NCBI GenBank assembly: GCA_951406725.2
Contig: OX597815.1
Span: 39,990,001 to 40,054,000, forward strand
Origin: Octopus vulgaris
Taxonomy: Eukaryota
Reading direction: 5' to 3'
DNA length: 64,000 nucleotides
This document shows positions 1 to 13,789 of the stretch, piece after piece. The position numbers and the translations under genes were made by a program. The notes under the pieces are model-generated. The model worked only from the letters and a program-made list of their open reading frames with translations, ran no database searches and had not been told where the DNA came from. Numbering within the stretch: the stretch's first letter is position 1; each line of letters starts with the position of its first letter.

Positions 1-560
1 AATGATTTATTTTGGTCGTCGAATGTCGTGACTAGGTATCTGAAGAATCACTTGATTAAAACCTGCAGCTGAAGTTCATAATGGAGCTGGCAGCCTACGT
101 TGTACATGAAATTTGCTAACCAGGGATTATATAGCATTTTAAGTAGATTCACTGATTGATAGTATATAGTAGAAGGAAACTCTGGGTGTTATTGTTATTC
201 TTGTGCTTGTCATGTTATCGCGGTGATATTCCAAAGTCACTGAGGATTAAGTGTATCGGCACGGAAACCGATAGTGAAGAACTTCATCTTACTTTAAAAA
301 ATACAAGTCTGCAAACACTTTCAAAATTGCTCTATACTACATCATCGTCCCGAGAGACAATGTGAAATACTTCTCGTTATGTCGTACAGACATAATGGAA
401 AACTGTTTTGAGGTTCTGAAATGAATTTGGCACATGAATATTGTGAAAGAGCTGTTTGAGAATTTAAAATTCCTCATTTATATATCATATTTCGAAAAGT
501 TAATTCATGGTCTCCAATGCCACAGAAGACAGAAAAAAAAAATTCACGGTTAAAAGTGTA
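1..560 (-). pseudogene. Degenerate Helitron Rep/Helicase fragment (Rep-helicase linker), running off the window start
   Basis: Minus-strand translation gives YVCTT*REV..DDD and LNPQ*LWN. These match the Helitron motifs 'HVCETYREAC..LLEDD' and 'NPxxLW'. The segment is colinear with 11160-11750. Confidence 0.65.
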
Positions 561-1054
561 TATATGGATATCAAATTATGCCTATTTAAAATGCTCTACC
601 AGTATCTCTAACAATATCAGAATACAATATTTCACTCACAATATACACAGTATATTTTCGAAAACTGGTTATTACAATTCTTCGTTAAAAAAATACCTTC
701 AAGAACATAGTACACTGTTCTAGGTATCTCATCGATTTACATATAAATTTATCTCCTAAAATATTCGAGTATTATGCTCAACAAATCAGGGTGTAAATTT
801 TCATGAAATTTTTATATTATTAGATCGATGTCGTAAAATATAACAAAATTTTTGAAAAAGTATAAACAAATTTAAATATGAAAGAATAAATTTTCTTTCG
901 TGAGGTTTGAAACCGTGTAGACATTTGGAAGATATGATTTTTAAATGTTGAGCTAAGATAATATTTTGTGCGTGAGTGCGTGCGTAACTAGAATTGTCAA
1001 TTCCGCGTACTCAAAGTAATCTGCAATTATGATTTCAAATGAACAAAGGTGTCT

Positions 1055-1106
<52 letters not shown>

Positions 1107-1175
1107 CGCATTATGTGATAGTTTTCACAACTTTATATCTTGAATTATTTAAGAACATGTATTTGTGTATTTAGA

Positions 1176-1402
1176 TTGGCAAATTGTTAGCATGTTAGAC
1201 AAAATACTTTGCGGCATTTATGTATGACTCTTCCCGTTCAAATTTCACCGAGATCAACTTTGCTTTTCATACTCTGAGGTTTCGTTAAACCTTCTGAGGA
1301 TAAAAAGCAAAGTACTGGAGTCGATGTAATGAAGTACTGGAGCCGATATAATCGACTTTCCCCTCCCACTAGATTTCTGAACTTGCGATAGAAGAGAAAA
1401 GG
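1176..1402 (+). mobile_element. Degenerate copy of the Nin-domain-like tRNA SINE (same family as 40078/41083/48017)
   Basis: Contains gttcaaatttcaccgagatcaactttgcttttcat...aagtactggagtcgatgtaat, a diverged match to the younger copies. Confidence 0.75.
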
Positions 1403-1482
1403 CACGTATGTAATCAATCGAATGTTTTGGTGCAATCACAGATTCATTGTTTTAATAATACTAGGCCTTTGTCTTGTGGGTG

Positions 1483-1554
<72 letters not shown>

Positions 1555-1838
1555 AACATGCAGTAGTTTATCTGTGGGGTGTTGTATTTTATTTCAGGTT
1601 CGATGCTTTCTTTTTCAGTAACCTGTGTTCTTATAGCTGTTGTTTAACAATAAATTAACTTTCGTGAAATAGAGATGTGATTAAAGTCATTCTAGCTTTG
1701 ACCATCTGTCTTCTTAAGAATATCGAGGATCACATCTTTTTTTGTTTTTTCAAACTGCATTACAGGGTATGGTTGAAAGGAATGCTAGTTCTACCTTTAT
1801 TTGGAGTCATTTGTGTATCGGGGAGATTTATTTCTACT

Positions 1839-2006
1839 CAGTGGAGTAGCTAGAGTGTGTGCCGCCAATGAGAGTCTTTGAGTTTGCCCACAACCCCATC
1901 TCGAGCCCCCAAACCTATACAGACTTATGCAGCCGACGCAACAGTGCTGCCCAGTCAGAGCTAACCGCTCTTTCGCTCCACCCACCCCACCCCAGCTACC
2001 CCACTG
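1839..2006. mobile_element. Short hAT-like MITE
   Basis: TIRs CAGTGGAGTAGCT / AGCTACCCCACTG. The flanking 8-mers tttctact / attctagt look like a degenerate 8-bp TSD. Confidence 0.6.
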
Positions 2007-2359
2007 ATTCTAGTTAAATTTAGAAATTATCCTAATAAACGCAGAAGCATAAATTTATAAGTCTGAAATATCTTATGATGCAGCGGTATCTACCATCCGT
2101 TTGTAGGCAAGTGTGCATAATGAAATTAACGCTGAATGAATTACTGCTCAATATCAAGTGTTACATGTAGCCTTTAATTCGAAGTAGAGTGCAGATTCAG
2201 TGACAAGGTGTGTCTTGATGAGTAGATGAATGTGGTTTGAATCTAAAAGCGTAAGTAGCTTATCAAAGTTAGAGTTCAAATCATGCTAAAGTACTTATTT
2301 ATTCATAGTCCAATCAAGGTAAGAAACATTACACCCACTTTTAAATGTTGAAAATGATT

Positions 2360-2551
2360 CAGCTAATGCCGAACTGGAACATTTGCAATATCTGCAGAAA
2401 AAGAATATGGGGAAAGAGAGGACCAAGGATTCTGTCTGAACACTTGAAGAAGAATGAACTCCGCTAACATCACTCTAGGCCAGGGAAATGATATTCGACA
2501 AGACGGCATGATGGCACAGAGTTGCTTATGATGATGATGATGATGATGATG
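2360..2551 (+). mobile_element. Probable LINE (RTE-like) 3' end with (TGA)n tail
   Basis: A short GKRGPR-like coding relic followed by a (TGA)n tail. Weak similarity only. Confidence 0.3.
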
Positions 2552-2840
2552 AGAGAAAGAACTTGTTCCTACCATGCAGTAAAAATTTCGGTTGGGTTAC
2601 TGCATCAATGCAATTGATGTCACTATTGAGCAGTTACAGATATTGGACACAGCCACAGCACACATACCAGTTCTACTACATACGTACATAAGTGAATATT
2701 AAATAGAAACTTACAAAAAACACAAATATTTTTGAAAATGGATACCCAAAAGTTATCAATTATTTATTGTACTTATTTCAGGCTTTTATATGAATTTTAC
2801 ACACACACGCACGCACACACATACACACACACACAATACA

Positions 2841-2879
<39 letters not shown>

Positions 2880-2884
<5 letters not shown>

Positions 2885-4420
2885 GTGTTACTGCAAAAAT
2901 ATGAACATCCATTTCACCATTATATAAGAGAAAACTGGAAAAGATATCTGGCTGACTGCATCATCATTTGGATGGGACCATTGACAAACTTTTAGAATTT
3001 AAATCAATACTAAATAATATAACATTCAATTTACAATGGAATATAGCAAAGAACGGTCCCCTTTCTTAGATATTATGATAAAAAAGAGTCAACAACCAAA
3101 TTGTAACTGACATTCATCATAAGCCAACGGACTCGAAACATCTCTTTTGTTTATGTCACCCGAAACCGCAAAAGGAATATCCCCTTTAATTAGAAAAAAA
3201 GGATTTTCACATGTCTGATAGAAATACCCGGGACCTCCGTCTTCAAGACCTCAGAACAACACTGAGAGACAATATCCATCCGCACTTATAGACGAAGGAA
3301 TTAAGCATGCCAAGAAATTAGGCATTAAAACACTAAGGGAAACAAAAAGTAACATCACGCCACATATACCATATATATCAACGCACAACCCTAGAAACAG
3401 TGAGGCATACAACACTTTTGTACAAAACTTACGTATGCTCACTAGGGATCCAAAGATTAATAGCATTCTGAAAACACATAAATTCATCAAATGCAAAAAG
3501 CAACACAAATCGCTAAAAAGACTTCTGACGAATACGAAGCTTTTCACAACATCCACGAAACCAATGGTTAAAAAACGTGGACGTCCAGACTGTGGAACAT
3601 GCCCCAATCTGCAGAAAGGCTCGGAATTCCTATTCAAACAACGAGAGAGGTTCATAATTAAAACTAACTTCATTTGTGCCTCCGAGAGTCTAATTTATGT
3701 TATAACTTGTTCAGGTTGTGGACATAACTATATAGGACAGACAATTATGGCACTTAGACGGAAAACCACACTACATAAGGATCAGATCAGTTTACCATTC
3801 TATGAACAAATTCCTTTGAGTGAACACATAGAGAGATGTACAGGTAATATCCAGCCAAATTTCAGTTTTCCCAATCTACCAGTGAAAAGAAACAATTTCT
3901 GTGCAAGAATGTTTAAATAAAGAAAATTTATTTATCCAAAAATACAGAACATGCCTAAATATCAACGCATAACCAGCTTTGATCTCAGTATATATTTTAA
4001 TTCGTGTTCACATACACATCACTGTAAATATTTTATCTCACTACTTCAGCTTTTGAATTTTTGTTTATTTATTTGCCCCCTCCCCAAAAATGAACAATTA
4101 CCTCCCCGGTCCCGAATAATAACGATTACCAATTATCTCCGCTTAGATTTTTCTACCTGTTGATTCATTTCATTCTCAAACCCCCATACACAACATGGAC
4201 TAAATCTTCTTAAGAAAATACGAAGTTACAATAATTTCAATGTCATGATTAGCGAAATCGGTCGACAAACAATATTCTTTCACTTATAAAATATAAGAAA
4301 TATATTAGAACTATGTAAACTGTGTGCATTTTCCTTCTTTTAATTTTTATATATATATTTCTTACATCACAACTCACCACGTAGGGATAATTGGAATTCT
4401 CCTCTTCCCTTTTCCTTACT
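2880..4420 (+). mobile_element. 5'-truncated Penelope-like element: RT C-terminal half, GIY-YIG endonuclease and 3' pseudo-LTR (frameshifted)
   Basis: RT motif WKRYLADCIIIW (degenerate YxDD), followed by FLDIMI and TDIHHKPTDS. ORF 3435-3920 contains CGTC, LIYVITCSGCGHNYIGQT, LRRK..LH and PLSEH. The element starts immediately after (TA)n. Confidence 0.9.
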
Positions 4421-4434
4421 CTCTCTCTCTCTCG

Positions 4435-4474
<40 letters not shown>

Positions 4475-4749
4475 ATATGTATGTGTATATATATATATAC
4501 AAAAAATAAAGAATGGAATAAGTAAAGCATGGACTACAGTTGTTTCATAGCAAGCGGAGGTATGTTACATGAGTTGTAAGGAACACAATCCAGCTTAGCT
4601 AATCTTTAGGTCTCTATTACTTCAACGTTGTTTACCTTGGCACCAGGAACTAGACAAATGAGTTACGAAGCCGGCCACTGCAGGGATGGCTAATCCAAAA
4701 AGAGAAAAACGAAATCAAAACCAAATTACCAATGAAAGTATTCATTAGG

Positions 4750-5010
4750 GGGAAGATCGCCCGAAATGGAAATAAGATGGGTGTGGTTAACTGGTCATTA
4801 AGTAGAAGAAAAAAGAATGATAGGCAGAAGGGAAAAGTGGGGTGGGTAGCTTTAGCAATAAAAGTCATTTACTCAAAGATGTCAAAGGGATAATGGGAGT
4901 AAACAGACTGATAATGTCATGTCCCAGACTTCTAACTTGGATTGATTTATTGGGACACACTAATAACAGGGTAAACATTATCAAGTAATACCAGCCACCA
5001 TGTGTTCACG
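4750..5010 (+). pseudogene. Relic of a LINE apurinic endonuclease domain
   Basis: Translation NDRQKGKVGWVALAIK resembles DR..KGGGVALYI, and II..YQPP resembles VYRPP. Confidence 0.4.
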
Positions 5011-5114
5011 TTTGAACAAAGGATACAAATATATGTGAGTGTGTATGTGTATGTGTGTGTGCGTGTGTGCATATACATATACAGGTATATATGATAACAG
5101 AGAAACTAAGGGAT

Positions 5115-5415
5115 AGTAATGAAGCCTTTGTATGACTCTTGAGCACGGCCAAAGATTTGCACATTCTATTGCCTAATGTTGTACTGGCTGGCAGAGGGAA
5201 CAGGTACCACAGTATGAAGTCTTTTGACATGCTTTTTCAATCCTCCAACTGAAAGGAACACTTTTCCACAGGTTGCACATGTTTTGTTAGGAACAATAGC
5301 TGTATCACAATTTACAAGGAGTTGATTCCAATGAGTTCTTTGATGGCTGACCAGGTCTGCATGACTCAAGCATTTCCTCCTACAAATCACACACATAAAA
5401 AGCGACGTTCCCTCA
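5115..5415 (-). pseudogene. Three C2H2 zinc-finger units (C-terminus of an RTE-type LINE ORF or a ZNF pseudogene fragment)
   Basis: [21 protein letters not shown] and [22 protein letters not shown], plus a frameshifted third unit ..RMCKSLAVLKSHTKA. There is no real start codon, and the 5' end runs into (TA)n. Confidence 0.6.
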
Positions 5416-5439
5416 TGTATACATTTATATATATGTATG

Positions 5440-6285
<846 letters not shown>

Positions 6286-6286
<1 letters not shown>

Positions 6287-6307
6287 ATATATATATATAT
6301 ATATATA

Positions 6308-6371
<64 letters not shown>

Positions 6372-6453
6372 TATATATATATATATATGCATATATATAT
6401 ATATGCATATATATATATATGCATATATATATATATGCATATATATATATATA

Positions 6454-6535
<82 letters not shown>

Positions 6536-6547
6536 TATATATATATA

Positions 6548-6578
<31 letters not shown>
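6286..6578. repeat. Long (TA)n microsatellite with interspersed GC dinucleotides
   Basis: Direct inspection. Confidence 0.98.
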
Positions 6579-6582
<4 letters not shown>

Positions 6583-6720
6583 GGAGTTTAACGCAGGTAT
6601 AATTCATATATAATTATATCGTATAACGCTTTTTCAAATAATATTAATAGCGTTCAGTAAATCACTATACATACCCATCATTTTCTGTTAAAATGTCTTA
6701 TTGACGAGTTTCATTTCTTC

Positions 6721-6808
6721 ACTTCCCTGAAGAGAAGATTACATTGTTTTACATCATTTATTCCTTTGGAATAATATCAGTGAGATCTTCGAAACATGTG
6801 TCGGAAGT
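6721..6808 (+). ncRNA. Type I hammerhead ribozyme with canonical core, in a PLE-like pseudo-LTR (6577-~6960)
   Basis: acttcc-CTGAAGA-gaagat..(45 nt)..atcttc-GAAA-catgt-GTC-ggaagt. Stems I and II are both perfect 6-bp helices. Flanked by a 28-bp inverted repeat (6577-6604 / 6820-6847). Confidence 0.85.
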
Positions 6809-7419
6809 AAAAGTATTTAAATTATACCTACGTTAAACTCCATTTATTTATCTATATATTATACAAAAAATTCCACGTAAACCCGAAGTTTCTACCTTTA
6901 AAAACAAGGAGTTACAACCTCTTTACTTGTGTGATTTTTTTGCTACCCTGGTAACTATTTATCTATTTTTCCGTTGAACGACAATATGAGTCTTCGAAGG
7001 CAGCTGCTCCCATAAAAGCCAAAATAAAATTTGGGATTTATGGAAGGTCAAAGTTGGTAACAAAAGCAGGACAGTGGAGACATACAAGGAAACCGAACTA
7101 AAACAAACATGAAGGGTCGTTAGACCAGACGAAGGTAAAATAGTGAACGCTGACATACGTATATTCATATACTAACAGGGGAGATAACCGCTTCAATGCG
7201 AATATACATATATTGAATTATTGATAGGGCAGTCAGGATGTGCTTTAAGCTTTATAGATCCTGCGTAAATCCTGCGACGAAAGTGCAGTACCGCAGATGA
7301 CGCCTAGTGACCAAAAGTGGTGAACGCGCTCTCAGGACATACTACTAGGGACATACCCAAAACAAGCTTTGGATATTACATTTTAAAGTTTCCTATGTAA
7401 ACTTTAATTCTGAATATAA

Positions 7420-7465
<46 letters not shown>

Positions 7466-7610
7466 CGCTCGCAATCATTCTAGTGTATTCTTCAGATTGT
7501 AGAATCCATTAGAGTGGATGCAAGCGCTAATATATAATTTATAAAAACATGTGACATATTAATATGAATTGTAAATATAAAACCATCAAGATTTCTGAGT
7601 ACTTTATTTC

Positions 7611-7648
<38 letters not shown>

Positions 7649-7907
7649 TGCACAGTATATGGATTTATCTAATCCGGTGGTACCCACAAAGAGGCTCCTT
7701 TAGTGGACCAGTATACAAACCACATAGTAAACTAATACAGAGAGGTGTAAAAGAGAGGCATAATGTATAAGCTTATGCAGTAAATCCAATTAGTGATGAT
7801 TATTTCATTAGGCGTATATAAAAGATAGAAGGATATTGGCTGCGAAATGATAGTAATCTTATGACTATCTATTGGTGAAATAGATATATTCATCTCATAT
7901 TTCCGGA

Positions 7908-7913
<6 letters not shown>

Positions 7914-7994
<81 letters not shown>

Positions 7995-8001
7995 CGTGCG
8001 T
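7914..8001. repeat. (TG)n microsatellite
   Basis: Direct inspection. Confidence 0.97.
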
Positions 8002-8353
8002 GAATTATGTACATACTTTCTCTTGAAATTTTAAAGTGACTTTTAACAGTATTTTGTGTTAAATGGTTTTTCCCAACATAGTCGCTTCAGTTTCAACACA
8101 CATATAGCAAGCGAGTGATGGGTGCCGGGGGCATTTATCGCAGAGTAAGGTTGGCGGGAGAAGAGGAAGCACGAGTCGCTCTTCGCGTCTTCGACGTCCA
8201 ATCTCTGCATCTTGGAGTCTTTTATTTTCCATCAAGCCTGTTTCCTCGACGACGACAGGCCACCCCTTTGGCGATTTTTCCCCAGGTATTTGGGTCAATG
8301 CAATAACGGAAGAGAGTGGCTTTCATCTGGTCTGGTTCCTGGGGCCAACTCTG

Positions 8354-8420
<67 letters not shown>

Positions 8421-8539
8421 CAAGCATGCATGTATGTATGTATGTATGCATGCATGTATATACGTTATCAACACGCGCGCGTGTGTGTGTACGTGTATGT
8501 ATTTCTGCGTGTGCGTAATGCAAGTAGATCTCTCCGATG

Positions 8540-8920
8540 TTGTTCGGGTGGTAAATATGTAGTAGAAAAACCTCTTTGTTTCGTTGTTAAGCAAAGTACT
8601 CAACTTATAGCAAACGTCGATGTAATTCATTTTTACTGTGGCCAGTAGTCCACTATTGTTGACTACTATTGTAGACTTCATTTTCCAAGTCAGTCTCTTC
8701 TTTCGTGAATGCATTCCGAGGTGACTTTGATGACTAATTTGAATGACAAAGAACCGTAACAAAGCAGCACCGAACCCTGAATAATATTTTCCTTGCAACT
8801 GTTGTAGCTGAGACTGCCTATAATGGATTGACCTTGCAGTCGATACGAAACGACCCTTCATGAATCTTCATTTACGAAGCCAAGCAAAGATGATAGTATT
8901 TTTTATGGTAAAGCAGATAA
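8540..8920 (-). pseudogene. Possible hAT (Charlie-like) transposase relic
   Basis: IVVNNSGLLATVK resembles the hAT segment MVGKNSGLxALxK, and RLTWK resembles LxWxK. Weak similarity. Confidence 0.3.
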
Positions 8921-9147
8921 ATTTCTAATGTTAATTTATTTTTGCTGGCTTCTGTGATGCGATGCTTTTGAAACTGTGCTTTTTTGATTAATTTAATTCA
9001 GTGATTTATTTTTATGTTTTACGTTATAAATTTCTTGTAATTCTAAATTGATGTGCTACACATAAAATAGAAGCAATTCTAACAACAATGTGTTTTATTC
9101 GGAAAGAGTTCCTGTGTAGGCAACACTTCTTGTTCTGAAGTTTGGTG

Positions 9148-9570
9148 GGATCTTTTCGGTTTGAACGGCAGTTTTTCTAGCAGTGTCATATGAAATTGTC
9201 ACCCATAATTATGACCCTAGTATCGATCTATTGCATTTCAATCTCTTTTAGGGTTAGGGTTAGGGTTAGGGGTGGGGGGAAGGGTATCTTTTTTTCTTCA
9301 CAAATGTAAATAAACCCAATCTGTTTCTTAAACGAGGGACATATTCATACGGCATTGAATGTTTTTTACCTCGATACACGTCAGTGATTGGTTGAAATTG
9401 CAGAAATTGAAGAAAAAACAACAACAAATATCTTACAAACTATAGAATGTTCTCAATAAAGCCAAGAGAAAAAGATGTTTTATAAACACATTCTACCAGT
9501 ATACGAAGTTTAAAATGTTTTAGTTACCTAGAAATTATGTTAGAAACTGCCGTTCAAACCGAAAAGATCC
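9148..9570. mobile_element. Merlin-type MITE, copy 1 (opposite orientation to copies 2 and 3)
   Basis: TIR GGATCTTTTCGGTTTGAACGGCAGTTT. TSD gtttggtg/gtttggta. Internal (TTAGGG)n. Confidence 0.9.
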
Positions 9571-10715
9571 GTTTGGTATTTTGACAAGAAAAATGTCTGC
9601 TTGACCATAGACGTGAGTATATAACATAGAGATGACCATGAGAGAAATTTTTGTTAGTTCAATCTAAGAAAGCCATGAGACTTGCTAATGATTATAGGTT
9701 CTCAGGAATCATGAACAGAAATGATATATCTGATAGGAAGATGGGATGAAAAATATTATTTCTGGACACAACCAGTTTTAATTATGATGCTAAAGGGGAA
9801 TTGTTAACTCAGTTCCAGCAACTCCGAAGAATTGTCATTGAGATTTGCTGGTGGTAGTTGAAAAAGATATCACTAGAACTAAAGGTACTTGCAGTAAAGT
9901 CTGATGGGACGATGGGTATAGCTGGACTGGAACACGTTTTCTCTTGACACAACTAATTATGATGACTTAGATTACATGGTGCTTAAGAATTTCAGCAGCT
10001 AGTCTTTTTATGTTTTGCACTTATCATATAAGATCGCGCTTTTGATTCCCAGTCTGGAAAACCCATCATTTCATGTTGCTCTAGTCCACCCATGTTGCTC
10101 TAGTAAATGAGTTCTTGCAATAACAGGAAAGTTAACTCTGCGACGGAGGCGTCCCATTCAGGGATGTGTTAACGTTTGCTTCTACTTTCAGTTGTATATT
10201 GTAAGGAGAGACATCAGTGGTCGGAAGAGAGTTGAAAAACTCCGTTGCAGAGCATAACGTAAATTACAGTATCAACTTACCTATACCATCTGGATACGAC
10301 TGGCACTCATTAGATGATGACAGCATTAATATCTCCTCAATGTCAATTTCAGGAGCCTAGTTAAGGCAAACTTTCAATGTCATATCTTCAGATGTCTTGA
10401 TTGTTCTACAATAATTTGGTATTTTGACATCTCTACTCCTAATGTTCATTGATAGCTGACCATTGTCGTTGCTGAAATAATGCGAACTAGTTTACTGCAA
10501 CATCTCTTAATTGAAAAACTTCATGTTAGAAGAGAGATAAATTGTAGCAATCCCAGATGAAACCACTGCAACAGTAATCTGCATGAATGAAAGAAATCTT
10601 TATCAAAATTAGTTTGATCAAAGAAGTTATGACGGTTTCACTCGAAGCATCAAGGAAAACTTTTCTTCTCAATTCATATGCTACCAAGTGTTTCATACTT
10701 ATAATAAGCAATTTT

Positions 10716-11145
10716 GGATCTTTTCGGTTTGAACGGCAGTTTTTAACATAATTTCTAGGTAACTAAAACATTTTAAACTTCGTATACTGGTAGAATGTGT
10801 TTATAAAATATCTTTTTTCTCTTGGCTTTATTGAGAAAATTCTATAGTTTGTAAGATATTTGTTTTTGTTTTCTTCAATTTCTGCAATTTCAACCAATCA
10901 CTGACTTCTATTGAGGTAAAAAAAACATTCTGTGTCGAATGAATATGTCCCTCGTTTAAGAAACAGATTGGGTTTACTTACATTTCTGAAGAAAAAAAAG
11001 ATACCCTTCCCCCCACCCCTAACCCAAACTAATCCTAACCCTAAAACAGATTGAAATGCAATAGATCGATACTAGGGTCATACTTATGGGTGACAATTTC
11101 ATATAACACCGCTAGAAAAAACTGCCGTTCAAACCGAAAAGATCC
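10716..11145. mobile_element. Merlin-type MITE, copy 2
   Basis: Same TIRs and a perfect 8-bp TSD GCAATTTT. 5'-GG termini with an 8-bp TSD are Merlin hallmarks. Confidence 0.92.
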
Positions 11146-12299
11146 GCAATTTTTCTTCTAGAAACTAAAGTAATTCATTTCGCCGGACATACTGTTTCCG
11201 TTGTTAAATGTCTTTGTTTCCTGAATCTTTCAATAAAAACTTGCAGCTAAAATTAGCATTAAGACTGATAGTTTATACTGGCCAAGAACCTTATCAGCAA
11301 TGGATTATAAAGTATTTCCAATAAAGATTAGGACTTGATTGTACATGTCAGAGACAAATTATGGGTTTAGTATTTCTGCTTGATTTTTGGTGTTTCTTTT
11401 TTGCTCTTGTTCTTGATACAGTATATCTTCTGTTATACTGTTTTGGTGATCATTCCAAAGTGCTGAGGATTGAATGAAGAACTACAAACAATTATAACAA
11501 GGAGATTGTTCATCCTACTTGGAAACTGTTAGGAGAAAGCTGTTTTCAAAGTACTGTTTTGGTCTACATCATCTTTTAAGAGGCATTATCTCTGGCAAGC
11601 TTCGCAGTATATTTCACAGACATGCCAGGTAGCGTTATTAAAATTATTCATTTAAATAGTATACCTTCGAAAAGTTAACAGACAGTTTTCAATAACACGG
11701 AAGATAGAAATTAAATATTCTTTTATTGATTCACATTTGCATGCGTGTATATTAATATAAAACATATCTGCAACACAAAATATATAGACAGTAAATATTG
11801 AAACGCTATTGTTATTACAATACCCTGTTTAAAAAAAAGACAACTATTTCTTTGAAAATTTAGTACGCAGTTTCAAATACCACGGAAGACATAAAATCAT
11901 TTAGCTTGATTTTTTTCGCATTTAAATTTGTGTATATTTTTTAAAAGATCCAAGCATTATACACTATGAATGAGGCAGTGTATTTTTATAATGCTTGTGA
12001 TAATATTTTTCCAAACTTAAAATTAAGACCTATTCCAGAAGTTAATATTTGAATGTTTTCGAGGTAAAAATAAATCTAAATGTGAAACCAATAATAATTC
12101 ATTTCCATCTTCTATGGTATTTGAAATTCTGTACAAAGTTACCAAAGCTATAACTTTCTAATGAGAAATTCTGTACAAAGTTACCAAAGCTATAACTTTC
12201 TAATGAGAAATTTTAATAACCAAAGATTTCTGACATATACTGTTGTTTTCTCTCTGTGTCTGTATATATTGCGCGTGTGCATTTATGTGTGTATGGTCT

Positions 12300-12545
12300 A
12301 CATTTCCAGACCGGTTGTACGTTATATTCTTGAGCAAAATACTTCATTTCTTGTTGCTCCAGTCCACTCAGCTGTAAATGGGTAAACCAGCGACGGGTAA
12401 TCCCGTGAACATAACTCTGGTCTGACATTCTGTTCAAGGGAAATGTAGGCCCGGCCGCCTAGCCAGCGAGGTGACATCATTCAGAAGCTAAAACAATGCG
12501 AAGTGTATTGTGCTCAGCGGTGTATAACAACATCCGCCTGATTGA
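12300..12545 (+). mobile_element. tRNA-derived SINE (degenerate head, ttcttgagcaa..gctccagtccactcagctg body)
   Basis: The body matches 56930-57265. The 3' tail is shared with the inverted SINE at 12573-12827. Confidence 0.7.
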
Positions 12546-12572
12546 CACCGATATATATATATATATATATAT

Positions 12573-12827
12573 ATCACGTGACCTACCAGTCCATCAGATG
12601 TAGTTACACATCGCTGATCACAATGCGTTTGCATTGTTTTAGCCTTCGAATGACGCCACCCCGCTGGCTAAGCGAGCAGGCCAAGAGAAGAAAGAGTGGG
12701 AGAAAGAGTGGTGAAAGAGTACAGCAGGGATCATCACCCCCTGCCAGAGCCTCGTGGAGCTTTTTAGGTGTTTTCGCTCAATAAACACTCACAACGCCCG
12801 GTCTGGGAATCGAAACCGCGATCCTCC
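12573..12827 (-). mobile_element. tRNA-derived SINE
   Basis: B-box-like GGTTTCGATTCCC on the minus strand. Tail cgcttagccagcggggtggcgtcattcgaaggctaaaacaatgc is shared with the 12300 copy. Confidence 0.75.
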
Positions 12828-13625
12828 ACATACATACATACACGTATATATATATATATATATATAGTTGTCTAAGAGAGATGCGTATTGAGGCGTGTCA
12901 CAGAGAGAGACAGACAGACAGACAGAGGGGAAGAGAGAAAGATTAAAGGGAAAAGGAAACCAGAGAATATGGTGTAGTAAACAAGCTAAGCTTTTTATAC
13001 CTTACTCTAACAGACCTATACAACTGCCACTTCATTACAACTTACAGTCTTTCTATTCTTATCATATTGTTTATCAGGACTGTATTAATGCTCATCAATT
13101 TAATTTTTATAATTTTTAAACATTTTTTTATTTAAAAAATACTCATGTTTATATAAGTGTGCATAAGAGTATGTATATATACATGTGTGTGTGTGTGTGC
13201 GTGTGTGTGTGTATACTTTGAGAATGCACAGCCATTCAACAAGTTGATGCGAAGTTTTTTTAAAAAGTGACAGAAAAAATTACCTCTAAGTTTGAAAATA
13301 TAAGTCGATGTTTCAATGTGTACTTATAGTTTATAAATATATAAACATGTTTATACTTACAACTAAGAAATAATTGGAAAATATATAAATAGAATAATCA
13401 AGCACGAATAATAATTATAAAAATAAGTATGAGTATGCCTTTACAAACGCAGCCACCCACCGTATTTTCTCACGTGCATATCTAGTTTAGCAGATTAAAA
13501 AACAAAAGGTTGTAACATCGCATACGAGTATGTTAGTTAAATTTGTCACTTTATACAAATAAGCTCTCAAACATATTTATACACCATTAGTTTTAACCAA
13601 ACTATTACCACACACACTATCAGTG

Positions 13626-13710
<85 letters not shown>

Positions 13711-13789
13711 CTTTCTCTATCTCTGTAAACTTAATGCAATAAAGTTTTCCCTGACAATCGGTTGTGATTGAGCATCTAAATGCACTTAG

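Larger units (their letters stand above)
9100..11750 (-). pseudogene. Degenerate Helitron PIF1-type helicase relic interrupted by two MITEs and a SINE fragment
   Basis: Colinear motifs across frameshifts: HVCEIYCEACQR*CLLKDD, WNDHQNSITEDILYQ, FLDASSETVITSLIKLIL (decayed Walker A, FLDAPGGTGKTFLINLIL), AVVSSGIAT, FSTTTSKSQ, FSHGHLYVIYSRL. Confidence 0.85.

Noticed and set aside
236-277. CTGAGGA...GAAACCGATA hammerhead-like string
   Set aside because: Stems I and II pair poorly, and it lies inside the Helitron coding relic. The homologous position at 11463 has no such structure.
9248-9272. True telomere or chromosome-fusion scar
   Set aside because: The short TTAGGG tract is internal to a TIR/TSD-bounded MITE present three times.
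12124-12212. 41-bp tandem duplication
   Set aside because: A simple local slippage duplication with no further structure.
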